Positions 1-9,858 of a stretch of DNA of 17,811 nucleotides are shown here, piece by piece (the stretch's first letter is position 1; every line of letters begins with the position of its first letter). A program made the translations under genes and the position numbers. The notes beneath the pieces are model-generated. The model did no database searches and was not told where the DNA came from. It saw only the letters and a list, made by a program, of their open reading frames with translations. Source of the DNA: Paraspadella gotoi (Eukaryota > Animalia > Chaetognatha); contig JBJCIZ010001453.1 in NCBI GenBank assembly GCA_051294375.1, positions 1-17,811 of the forward strand. Direction: 5' to 3'.

Positions 1-76
1 TATTTATCTGAAAAAAAGTTCGGGGCAAAGAGATAGAATTTGTTATTTTACTAAATGTACATAGCGGTTGTCATGT

Positions 77-86
77 TCTTCTCTCT

Positions 87-119
<33 letters not shown>

Positions 120-147
120 CTCTCTCTCTTCTCTCTCTTCTCTCTCT
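77..147. repeat. (CT)n microsatellite, imperfect
   Basis: Directly visible. Confidence 0.9.
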
Positions 148-225
148 GCCTACAAAGAATGGCTTTTTCGGTCTCGCTTACAATGTGAGAAGGGGAATTC
201 CCTAGCAACGAAATGGAACCGAAAA

Positions 226-263
226 CGACGGACGACGACGACGACGACGACGACGGACGACGA
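226..263. repeat. (ACG)n microsatellite
   Basis: Directly visible. Further (ACG/TCG)n tracts lie at ~1843-1945, 3110-3136 and 14363-14395. Confidence 0.85.
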
Positions 264-339
264 CAGAAACTGATTGAATTCTTTGATTGCATTCCCTTTG
301 AATTCTCCCAGACCTGAGGACGATTTTTGGTTCGGGTAT

Positions 340-430
340 GAGAGAGAGATGAGAGAGAGAGAGGAGAAGAGGATGAGGAGAGATGAGAGAGAGGGAGAGG
401 AGAGAGGAGAGAGGAAGAGAGAGAAGAGAA
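340..430. repeat. (GA)n/GGA-rich purine tract
   Basis: Directly visible. Confidence 0.85.
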
Positions 431-739
431 AAGATTATTGCCATGATTTTTCATTAAAAAAAAATAAGTACATTACGTAGAACTTTGAATTGAAACTATA
501 ATTAATTCTAAATTACAATTTTTTGCAACGAGTTTGAAAGAAAATAAGAGACTTTTATTTAAAACGTTAAAAAAATAATTGCTAACATGCATCATTAGAT
601 ATTTTAGTAGTGTCTTTTAGCTTCCTAAACTTACTCCAATAAAGTATTTCACTGAGATCTCCAAAATTTTTTTGGTCACCTGATTCAATTCTAAGCTCAA
701 CGCGAGTTAAGGGCCGTGCATCATTGAGGCATTGGGCCG

Positions 740-782
740 GAGAGAAGAGAGAGAAATGAGAGAGAGAGAGAGATCGAGAGAT

Positions 783-820
<38 letters not shown>

Positions 821-893
821 GGTGAGAGGAGAGCGAGGAGAGAGAAGGGAGAGAGAGAGAGAGACTGAGAGAGATGAGGAGATGAGAGAGGAG
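740..893. repeat. (GA)n microsatellite, imperfect
   Basis: Directly visible. Confidence 0.9.
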
Positions 894-1486
894 ATCGACG
901 ATAGCAAGAGAATGCGTTTTCTGTGTGATTTGAATGACTTCGGATGTAGACATTAAATCGTACGGGGAACATCCTTTCGCTCATTTCGCCCATTTTTATC
1001 CTTTTCCCAAACACTTCGTCGGGCGATGGGACGCCGCCGGCCGCCGCCGCCGGCCGCAGCTGCTGCCCCTCCGATGCTGCGGCATGTGGCTTTCCTCCAC
1101 CGACGAGGACGCCCAAACGCCGACGGCCGGTGACCATTAAGTCAATTGGCCGACGGAAACCATTTATGGATATAATTCCTGGACGATCGGGCCGGTGAGC
1201 CTTGTGAGTCTCTCACTCCGTGAGGCCTCTCTGTTCTTGTGAATCCGTGAGTCTTTTGGTGGGCGATAGGAAGGAATTGTGAGAAAAGAAAAAAAAAAAA
1301 TTTCACGGTATGAAATATCGACGGAGGGAAAAAGGAAAGAGCAGAAAAAGTGAAGAAGGAAAAAAAAAAAAAGAAAAAGAAAAAGAAGCGAAAGAAAAAA
1401 TTTTTCCTTTCTTTTTTTCTTTCCTTCTTTTCAAATTAATCCATCTTCATTAATGTTTTTCCCCCCGAGCTAACGGGAGGGTAAGC

Positions 1487-1520
<34 letters not shown>

Positions 1521-1550
1521 AAGAGAGAGAGAGACGAGAGATGAGAGAGA
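1487..1550. repeat. (GA)n microsatellite
   Basis: Directly visible. Confidence 0.85.
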
Positions 1551-1670
1551 CAGAAGGGTTGCGCAGAGAGGGATTTTTTTTTTTGACTCCTCCGACGTCA
1601 AATTTAACTTCTGTCTCCCGAAGCAACCCATTTAAATCAAACCACCCCCCCATTTTTTCCTACCCCTTTT

Positions 1671-1712
1671 CCTCCTCCTCTTCTTCCTCCTCCTCCTCCT
1701 CCTCCTCCTCCT
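1671..1712. repeat. (CCT)n microsatellite
   Basis: Directly visible. Confidence 0.85.
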
Positions 1713-1842
1713 GATCCGAGGCATATCCTGAATCTAATAAATGTTGTCTCCATCCCTTAACCCATAGGTAATTCATGGAGGGTTAATCAGATTGCAAGGA
1801 TGAGGATTTTCATGAAAACATGCAATTAGGTGGTTTTTTTTT

Positions 1843-1945
1843 CGATCGACGTTCGTCGTCGTTCGATCGTCGTTCGTCGTCGTTCGTCGTCGTCGTTTCG
1901 TCGTTCATGTTCGTCATTGTTTGTGTCAGCGTCATTCGTCGTCAT
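1843..1945. repeat. Degenerate (TCG)n/(TTCG)n tract
   Basis: Directly visible. Confidence 0.75.
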
Positions 1946-2719
1946 TTTGTCCTCGGACCTCGTTTGTTGCGTCGTGACATTTAAGTTTTTTGTTTTTTTT
2001 ATTGTTTTAGTTTTGTTTTCCCTTTTTCGTTTTGGTTTCGATGTTTTTTCTTTTTGGCGTCGTCAATCGTCTTTTTTCGTCTTCGTCGTTTTCGTCTTTT
2101 CTTTCATTCCTTTCCGCAACCGATACAGTGGATGGCTGACAAAGGTTTTCAAAACCAGAGCAAAGAAAAAAAGGAAGGTGAAAAAATTAACAGGGATGCG
2201 ACTTAGACGTCAGGAAGACGCAGTTAATAAATTATCTCATCAAAATAAAAATGTGGTTAGGCTTCGAATAAAAAGAATTCGGATCAATCCTTATACAAAG
2301 TATTGTTAAAGGTTATATTAATTAAAGTCAAAATATTTTTTATAAGATTCAATCAGCAAAACTGCTAATTTTGGAAATATATATACATATACTATAATAT
2401 TATATCCTATATAATATATATTATATATTCCATTAATCTGATTCATTTTATAAAAATTGATTTTTGTACAGAGAGGGAAGTTAAACAATTATTGCTCACT
2501 AAGAATTTTACGAGAGTTTTTATTAAATTCAATTTTTGGTTCAAATAAGTATGCGAACGTCATCGTCGTATTCATATATACGTGTAATATACACTCGACC
2601 GGCTATAGTATTATATTATAGTATATGCTATACTATACTTTTATGTATAATATATTAGTATATATTACTATATATACTATTATAGTCAGCCTCGTCGGAC
2701 CAACCTCTAAACAAAACCT

Positions 2720-2723
<4 letters not shown>

Positions 2724-2783
<60 letters not shown>

Positions 2784-2812
2784 CTCTCTCTCTCTTCTCT
2801 TTCTCTCTCTCT
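2724..2812. repeat. (CT)n microsatellite, near perfect
   Basis: Directly visible. Confidence 0.92.
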
Positions 2813-2941
2813 TTAAAAATCCGCATTTCTGGTTTCCGAATTAAAAAATGGGCTTTCTTCGAAAGCCACGTTCAAAGTGGGGGTCATTTTTAAAGTGGTG
2901 TGGTGGGGGGAGCATCGTTGAAGGTTGGGGATTGGTGGAAA

Positions 2942-3030
2942 GGGGGGGGAAGGGGGAAGGGGGGAATGGGGGGAAGGGCGGTGAAAGGGGGGAAGGGGGG
3001 GAAGGGGGGAAAGGGGGGGAAGGGGCAGGG
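2942..3030 (+). repeat. (GGGGGGAA)n-like G-run array with G-quadruplex potential
   Basis: About ten runs of 3-8 G separated by 1-3 nt spacers. Confidence 0.8.
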
Positions 3031-3169
3031 AAATGCGGAAAGCGTTCCAAATTTCAAAGTTCAAAGTTGAGTTCCGCCTTTTCCAACGGCCCATTGACTG
3101 CAAAGAAGACCGACGATGGACGACGACGACGACGACCCAAATTTAGCTTCGGACGAAAAAAAAAGAATA

Positions 3170-3447
3170 GGCACTATTTTCCGAAAAACTCCTCATTTTC
3201 TGTCCCTTTTATTCCAGAATACCCGGTATTTTGACCCAAATCTTTTTTCCTAAACCTTTTCTAACCCAAATCATTAACCCTAACTCTTAACCTTTTCTAC
3301 TAACCCCTCACCTTTTCCACTAACTCTTCACCTCAATCTCGTAATTAAAACTATCTTATATTTTCCATTAACTAATAGAATAATCTTTAAAACATTAAAA
3401 CTAATTTTTAATTAAGATGTAAATGGGCGCTTTCGGAAAACAGTGCC
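3170..3447. mobile_element. Candidate MITE (278 bp) with 17-bp TIR and internal TAACC(C)-like repeats
   Basis: GGCACTATTTTCCGAAA (3170-3186) against the reverse complement of 3431-3447, GGCACTGTTTTCCGAAA, gives 16/17 matches. The interior is non-coding. No clean TSD. Confidence 0.55.
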
Positions 3448-4370
3448 AAAAAAAGAGCACCCATCGCTACCGTATAAACTTTTTTTTTCGTTAGAGAAAG
3501 CAATGAGCAAGCCTGTCATACAGTAAAAACCCCTTTCTTTCGCGAGAGAGAGGAGAGAGAGAGATAAGAGAGTGAGAAGACCTTTTCTACCGTAAAAAAT
3601 TCGCTATTCAGTTCCGACGTAAAATGGTTTACGGTTGACGCAGGGAATTAATTTGTTTTTTCTAAAAAGTGCGGACTATTACAAAATTAATTACCGATTA
3701 TTAATTATATTATACTTAAATTGAACTAGTGAATTTCAGTTAATAGTCACGTAACTGGCCGCTGAGGCGGACTTCCGTTTATTATTAACACAATAAAAAA
3801 ATACAACATTACATGTCAGTTAAAGTATTTAAGTTTCAAAAATACGAAAAAATCCTTGTTTCATTATAATGTTCATATCTCAATTCGAAGCCGGAACCTC
3901 GTTATAATAAACCAGAAGAGTTTTTTTAAATTTCCTCTCGCGTTGTTTATGATTATATGAATTTCATGAGCTAAGTCAGTTTTCTTATTTCTGATTTTTT
4001 TTTTTGGTCGTTAATATCCAGTTTTATTCCGGTTTAATCCGGTAATTTCCTAAGCATAGTTTTTTTTTGGGATTTTCCACTACTTGAAATAAACATGTGT
4101 TTTTTTTTTAATCATGAGTATATCTATGCTGGATTAATTATTTTAGGAAAATTTGTCGTATTGCATTAGTCAGCAAAGTTTAATAACAATGCGAGGGTTT
4201 TATGGCACCAAAAAAAGATTCGATATTTTTGTAGAGAAATTATTAAAAAAAAACAAAACCACCTTTTAACTGTTTCAACATTATTTCCACCCTTCCCCCC
4301 CCCAGAGCGATAACTTATGAAATCATCTCATTCGCCATTCCCTCGCCACATCGCGGCCACCTTCCATTCT

Positions 4371-4487
4371 CCCACCCCTTTCCCCCTTCCCTCTTCCTTT
4401 CCCCTCTCCCCCTTTCCTCCTTTTTCTTGTCCCCTTTCCCCCTTCCCCCATTCCCACATCCCCCCCAACTCCCCCCCTTCCCCTCCC
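4371..4487. repeat. C-run/pyrimidine tract (G4 potential on the - strand)
   Basis: Directly visible. Confidence 0.75.
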
Positions 4488-4698
4488 GCATCTCGAGCTG
4501 CTGCTTACATTCGGTACATAATCCCGTCAAAATATGGATGTATTCCCTCCCGCTGCCGCCGCCGCCAGGCCGCCGCCGCAGGCCGCGTCGCGCTTGCCCC
4601 CCATTTCCCATTCATGTGCCGCCCAGTAAAATCAGCGGGAAACATGAGTCCCTAAATAAAATAGATATGAGCCGCGTTGGCCGGAGGCGGAAGCCGAT

Positions 4699-4848
4699 CG
4701 CCGCACGCCGCACGCCGCCGCCGCCGCACGCCGCCGCCGCAACGCCGCCGCACGCCGCCGCCGCCGCCGCGCCGCCGCACGCCGCCCGCCGCGCCGCACG
4801 CCGCCGCCGCCGTCCGCCACGCCGCCAGCCGCCGCCGCAACGCCGCCC
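4699..4848. repeat. (CCG)n microsatellite with CA interruptions
   Basis: Directly visible. Shorter (CCG)n tracts lie at ~1032-1057 and 4550-4590. Confidence 0.85.
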
Positions 4849-5436
4849 TTAGAAAAGACATCGCTTATGGGTAAAAAAGGGGGAGCGTAGGCAGTAAAGA
4901 TGGTACAACTAAGAGCGAGAGTACGAAACGAGAGAAATCAGACAGAGTAGCGATTATTCTTAGCGTCGAAAAATAGGAAACGGGCTCGGACTGCTACATA
5001 ATCCGAAGAAAGAAAAAATAGGGGGGAGGGGACACGTCCTCCGTTAATTAATCGGCGACTCGCTGTATAATTCGGAAGGGCGCCTGCATTAATCATGCCC
5101 CGCTGTATATAATCTCCTTTCGATGCGATTCGTCTTTTTTTTACTTTTTTTTGCTGCATCGATAATCTGTTTATTCGCTTACGAAATATTCGGCATGAAA
5201 TGCCGCAAGTCGCGCCGGCATCGAATGCCGTAGTTGGCATTTTTAATTTTAAGGAGAGGATTTTCTAGTTTAAAGAAAAATTAAATTATTTTAAAGTATA
5301 GAAGTCATTCCTGTCGTTCGAGAATTTTAACCGTGTATTATAAATGATATTGTTAATTAAAACTAATTAAAGATATTTTTGTTTATTGATATTACAACCT
5401 TATCTCAGTTGTATTCTTCTCTCCTTTTTCAATCAA

Positions 5437-5497
5437 ATTATTATTATTATTATTATTATTATCTTATTATTATTATTATTTATTATTATTATTATTA

Positions 5498-5528
<31 letters not shown>

Positions 5529-5532
5529 TATT
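5437..5532. repeat. (ATT)n microsatellite
   Basis: Directly visible. Confidence 0.92.
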
Positions 5533-6485
5533 TCCTCGCCACGACGAAAATTTGACGTTCGAAACATTACGACGAAGACGGACGACGACGATAAAGATTT
5601 GATTGACGACGATAACGAGATTGGATAATGACGCGCCGCGACGACGACCGACGACACGGCTACAAACGAACGCTGGGGAACCAATAAAACCAAACACTGT
5701 TGGAAAATGGTAATTAAGCCATATTCGCCCTTCCTCCTCCTCCTCTCCTCCTCCTCCTCCTCCTCGCGAAGGCGTTTTGTTGTTGGTCGACTTTTTCCAA
5801 TCTCGACCGTGTGACCGCAGATTTCACGTTAAACAGATGGTCATGTGAAGTCAAATGGGGCGAAAGAACGACGACGGAAGACGACGACGAAGGGTGGCGA
5901 CGATGACAACGACGAGGATAGCTAGATGACGGTGGACCATAAGGTTGAAGGAGGTGAGGACTTAGATGAGGAGTGGAAAGAATGACAAAGATTGACGAGC
6001 TGATTTGACAGCGAGAAACACAGAGATTCATAGACAACAGTTGGTGCAGAAAAACGTCGTCAACGACGATGCAAAATGCACGAACGACGACAACAACTGA
6101 AATGGCGCTTCTAAGATGGACGTACGAACTTCTGCTCGGAAAGAAAAAAGATAAGAAAAAGAAGAATAAAAGAAAGAGGCGCCGCTTTGGACGGGTGGAT
6201 GTAAGTTTAGGTAAGTTGGATGAGGTTTGAGAACTGAGGCTTAAAGGGATCGCGATGAAACCGGGGAGAAAGCGTTGAGAGGAGAGAGAGACGAGAGAGA
6301 GAGAGAGAGAGGGGGCCGACACGGGTCGTGGGCGGAAGGGGTGAGGGTGAGGGTAAGGCTTCGGTTAGGTCGCTTCCCAATCGTCGACTCCACACCCCCG
6401 CCCCCCTCGTATGTTTTACGCCAACGATTTTTCCCGCCTTTCGCCTCCTGTGATTTGGCGGGAGAAAAAAAAAATACCGGTCTCG

Positions 6486-6539
6486 TCGGGTCGCCGGTCG
6501 GGTGGGGTTCGGGTCGGGTTCGGGTCGGGTCGGGTCGGT
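6486..6539. repeat. (GGGTC)n pentanucleotide repeat
   Basis: Directly visible. Confidence 0.8.
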
Positions 6540-6800
6540 AGGGCGATTGCATCGGTTGGTCCGGCGTTTATTGGACGGACATGAGTTTAGGTTGGTCACG
6601 AGGTCGGCCTCGTCTCTGTATATCGGTCTGCTGTAGAGGGACAGGTTAATCATATCGATTTTACGACGACTGCTAGTTATTAGATAGAGAGATTGATTAA
6701 TGCTTTGCTCAATTGTCTCGGTAGCTTCAATCGGTTATGTCAGTTTGGTCGGTCGATCCGTAGGTCAATTGTTTTCTTTCTGGCCGCCGACAACCGGTTG

Positions 6801-7053
6801 TGGTCGGTCTGGTCGGTCGGTTCGGTCGCGTTCGGGCTGTCGGTCGGTCGCGTCGGTTGGTTCGGTCGGTCGGTCGGTCGCGTCGGGTCGGTCGGTCGGT
6901 TCGGTCTGGTCGTATGGGTCGGTTCGTTGGGTTCGGTCGGTCGGTCGGTTCGGTCGGTCGGGTCGGTCGGTCGGTCGGTCGGTCGGTCGGCCGGTACGGT
7001 CGGATTCGGTCGGTCGGTCGGTCGCGTCGGTCGGTCGGTCGTTTTGCGGTCGG
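6801..7053. repeat. (GGTC)n tetranucleotide repeat, ~250 bp, imperfect
   Basis: Directly visible. Confidence 0.9.
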
Positions 7054-7100
7054 TTGCATTTAACGCGTTGGTTGTATTTCAATGTGTAATCAACTATTGA

Positions 7101-7136
7101 CAGTAATGCAGTAATGCAGTTTAATGCAGTAATGCA
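7101..7136. repeat. (CAGTAATG)x4 short tandem repeat
   Basis: cagtaatg cagtaatg cagtttaatg cagtaatg ca. Confidence 0.8.
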
Positions 7137-7334
7137 AAAAGGAATTTCGCTTGCCAGTAGGAAAAAAAGACTAGAACTACAACGAAGACAGGCAAAAAGC
7201 AACGTAAGATACCGAAGTAGTGGCCAAAAATGCTCACAAAAAATGGCCAAAAATTGATATAAATGCATAAATGGCAAAAATGGTGGAGATGGGCAAAAGG
7301 AAACGACGCCGACGTTGCGAAGGTGAGACGGCGA

Positions 7335-7790
7335 TGGAGGAAGGGCTGAGAAGAGGAAAGAGGAGGAAGCGAGGAGAGGAAGAAGAGAAAAGAGAGGGAG
7401 GAATCGGGCAGGAAGAGGAGAAGAGAGGAAAGGAGGAAGGTGGAAGGAGGAAGAGAGGGAAAGGAGGAAGAGAGAAGGAAGAAGAGGTGAGGAGGAAGAG
7501 ATAAGAGAGGTAGTAAGGGAGGAAGAGCGAGAAAGAGAGGGAGGAAGGGAGGAAGAGTAGAAAGAGAGGAAGATGGGAAGGAAGAGGAAAGAGAGGAAGG
7601 ATGAGGGAAGGAGAAGAGACGTGAATGGAGAAGATGAAAGAGAGGGAGTAGGGAGGAAGAGGAGAAAGAGATGCGAGGAGGGATGAGGGAAGCAGGTAAG
7701 AGAGGAAGGAGGGAGGAGGAAGGAGGATGAGAGAGGAAGGGAGGAGGAAAAAGGAGGAGATGGGAAGGAGGAATGAGGAGGTAGGAAAAG
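7335..7790. repeat. Long GGA/GA-rich purine tract
   Basis: About 450 bp of almost only purines on the + strand. Confidence 0.85.
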
Positions 7791-8169
7791 GGGTGTTGGG
7801 GTGTGAAAGGGGAGGCAGAGGGTGAGGGAGTTGGAATCGCGCGGAAGGAAAGCTATGAATCTGATAGAGAAAATGATTTCGAAGGCTTTTGAGGATGGGA
7901 GATTGGCAACAGAGATGGCAAGATAGGCAATTAGAGATGGCGATTGGCCGTTTAGATGATAAGGATTTCGCGGATGGAGTGAGAGAGAGAGGGTGATTGC
8001 GTTAGAGATGGCGTTAGAGATGGCATTAAACGATTGGCGACATTCGATTGCTTTGGAAAGTGGCAAGGATGATTTGGCATCAGAGGATCGCAAGGGCCAA
8101 TTTGCTTGATGGTTACAGATGGCGGGAAAGAGAGCCGTTACAGATGGACACCGCAGTGGCAATGACTTA

Positions 8170-8724
8170 TGTGGATTCTGAACCCGAGATTTTCCCATCC
8201 TTGCATGCTGGAGGCTCAATCAATGTCGCCACTTTGGTAGATAGAGAAATTAACTTTGTAGATACTTTATTCAGTCTTTACTTTCATTAACGTTTTACCT
8301 TTTGTTTTTACGTTACACAAAGAACAACTCTAATTGAGACTATCTCAGCTGATTTTATTGTTTTACTTTAATCAAGTTCTTCTTGGTTTCACAAATTCCA
8401 AAGAAAATTAATAACTTCACAAAGGAATCAGTTTCGTTATTAATTATTAATAGGTTAATGCATTTTTCTATTTTACCTCGTTATTAATGATTAATTAAAT
8501 AATTTACATTGCATTTGTTATTCATATAAGATATTTCTTATTGCTTTGTTGACAGAGCAAGAAGTAATACTCTAATATTGCTTTTGATTATTTATTAAGG
8601 TTTACTTTTACCTACTAAGCCAAAGCCAATTTGGTGTACATTTGACTTTTTACAACAAAGCTGAAACAAACTATTGATTAGTGCCACGTACGTCAGCGTC
8701 AACGCCATTTCCGTGCCATCCACA
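8170..8724 (+). repeat. 5' LTR (555 bp)
   Basis: Starts TGTGGAT and ends ATCCACA (7-bp terminal inverted repeat). Colinear along its whole length with 13561-14120. Confidence 0.93.
8428..8433 (+). promoter_or_regulatory. Possible initiator (TCAGTT) in the LTR
   Basis: Matches the arthropod Inr consensus TCAKTY and lies in a block identical in both LTRs (cacaaaggaatcagtttcgttattaattattaa). It is a short motif, so function is inference only. Confidence 0.2.
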
Positions 8725-8725
8725 T

Positions 8726-8739
8726 TGGTGCACCCAACG
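8726..8739 (+). promoter_or_regulatory. Primer-binding site (TGGTGCACCCAACG), primer tRNA uncertain
   Basis: TGG begins 1 nt after the LTR-terminal CA, as expected for a complement of the tRNA CCA end. Imperfect match to both the tRNA-Trp PBS (TGGTGACCCCGACG) and the tRNA-Lys(CUU) PBS (TGGCGCCCAACG). Confidence 0.75.
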
Positions 8740-8772
8740 ACGAACCTTTCCAACCCTCCAACAAGCCCATAG

Positions 8773-9858
8773 ATGAGCGAACCTCGAGCGACCCGTCAAA
8801 CCTCTCGCCTTCGCCAAGAAAATAATCTCAACCTCCAGTTGATATTCAACAGGGATCGCCGCTCAAGAGAGAACTCTCCCAATAACGTAAGCAACGCGCT
8901 GAGCGCGCCCACTTTCGACTTTCCTCCGGGGCCAATCGACGTCAACAGCCCCGCGTACGCCAACGGAGAAATGGCGACAACCTCTGGCGCAGACGAGACG
9001 GAGACCCTCCGATCAGCTTTGGCGGCGGCTCTCAAAGCTTTAGAAAAGAAGCGGAAGCCTGAGCTGCCAAATTTCGACCCGAAAAACATAGATATTTGGA
9101 TTCGTCGGGTAGAGGCGGCTTATATCCGCGCCAACATCAAGGACGCCGCCGAGAAGTTTGCACATCTTGAATCCAAAATTAGTGCAGATGCTAATCCTCG
9201 ACTCAACGCCTTCCTCTACGGCGAGCCTACGGAGGTAAACTGGGCCAACTTCATTGCATACCTCCGGAAAGAGTACGGAGTAACGCAGCGTCAGCAAGCG
9301 GCGCTCATCCTTGATGGTTTTGGCCGCGATGGCCTCCGCCCCTCGCAACACTTGGCAAGACTCGAGGAGAAGGTGAAGTCAGTGACTCTCGACGACATAA
9401 AAAAGGAGACGATAGTGAGAGGACTGCCTCTCGAAGTCAGACGCTCACTTGAGGACAAAATCGATGATTGGACAGCGTCGCAGCTAGCCGACGCCGCTGA
9501 TAAATTTTTTGACGCCGAGGGAAGGCCAACCCTCGCTGCTCCAACATCAGCAATAAATGCTGCAACCCCCGCCGATCACGACGAGGATTCAGAGAGCGCA
9601 AACTCTGACAATGAAGGCGGCGCGACAGTTAGCGCCATTCAAGGACAGCGCCGCAGCAATAATTGGCGCTCAAACGCCTCCAACAACCCGTCAACCATGG
9701 CTCGTCCACCTAACGCTCGCCTAAAACAAGTGTGTCGTTGGCATCTGAAGTTTGGCGACGCCGCCTTTCGCTGCGAGCGCGGCTGCGCCCGTAAAGGCGA
9801 GCGGCGTGAACGAAAAGAGCCACAGCAGGGAAACGGCGCCGCGGGACAGCGACGGTGA
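8773..9858 (+). CDS. gag: Gag protein (361 aa) with capsid-like core and CHCC zinc knuckle
   Basis: Lies between the PBS and pol. LPNFDPKNIDIWIRRVEAAY resembles the N-terminal capsid motif of retrotransposon Gags. CRWHLKFGDAAFRCERGC (9733-9786) is C-X2-H-X9-C-X3-C. A second in-frame ATG lies at 8971. Confidence 0.9.
   Translation: MSEPRATRQTSRLRQENNLNLQLIFNRDRRSRENSPNNVSNALSAPTFDFPPGPIDVNSPAYANGEMATTSGADETETLRSALAAALKALEKKRKPELPNFDPKNIDIWIRRVEAAYIRANIKDAAEKFAHLESKISADANPRLNAFLYGEPTEVNWANFIAYLRKEYGVTQRQQAALILDGFGRDGLRPSQHLARLEEKVKSVTLDDIKKETIVRGLPLEVRRSLEDKIDDWTASQLADAADKFFDAEGRPTLAAPTSAINAATPADHDEDSESANSDNEGGATVSAIQGQRRSNNWRSNASNNPSTMARPPNARLKQVCRWHLKFGDAAFRCERGCARKGERRERKEPQQGNGAAGQRR

Noticed and set aside
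55-1653. Many ORFs encoding LSLSLS, ERERER or poly-T/D/R
   Set aside because: Translations of (CT)n, (GA)n and (ACG)n microsatellites.
3250-3335. True telomeric array
   Set aside because: Short, highly degenerate, internal, and enclosed by TIRs.
2942-4487. G-run array and C-run array as long inverted repeats of one element
   Set aside because: The complementarity is only compositional, and the flanking unique sequences do not match.
4315-4874. Overlapping Pro/Ala/Arg-rich ORFs (PPPHAAAA, reminiscent of transcription factors)
   Set aside because: Open in several frames on both strands because of C-runs and (CCG)n. There is no recognisable domain.
6693-7100. GRSV/DRPT repeat proteins
   Set aside because: Translations of (GGTC)n.
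6765-8219. 484-aa minus-strand ORF
   Set aside because: It starts inside the 5' LTR and runs through the purine tract and the (GGTC)n array. It stays open only because low-complexity DNA lacks stops, and it has no domain.
8048-8290. 80-aa ORF crossing the LTR boundary, and the 86-aa ORF at 13907-14167
   Set aside because: They have non-ATG starts, straddle the junctions, and their frames are not preserved in the other LTR.
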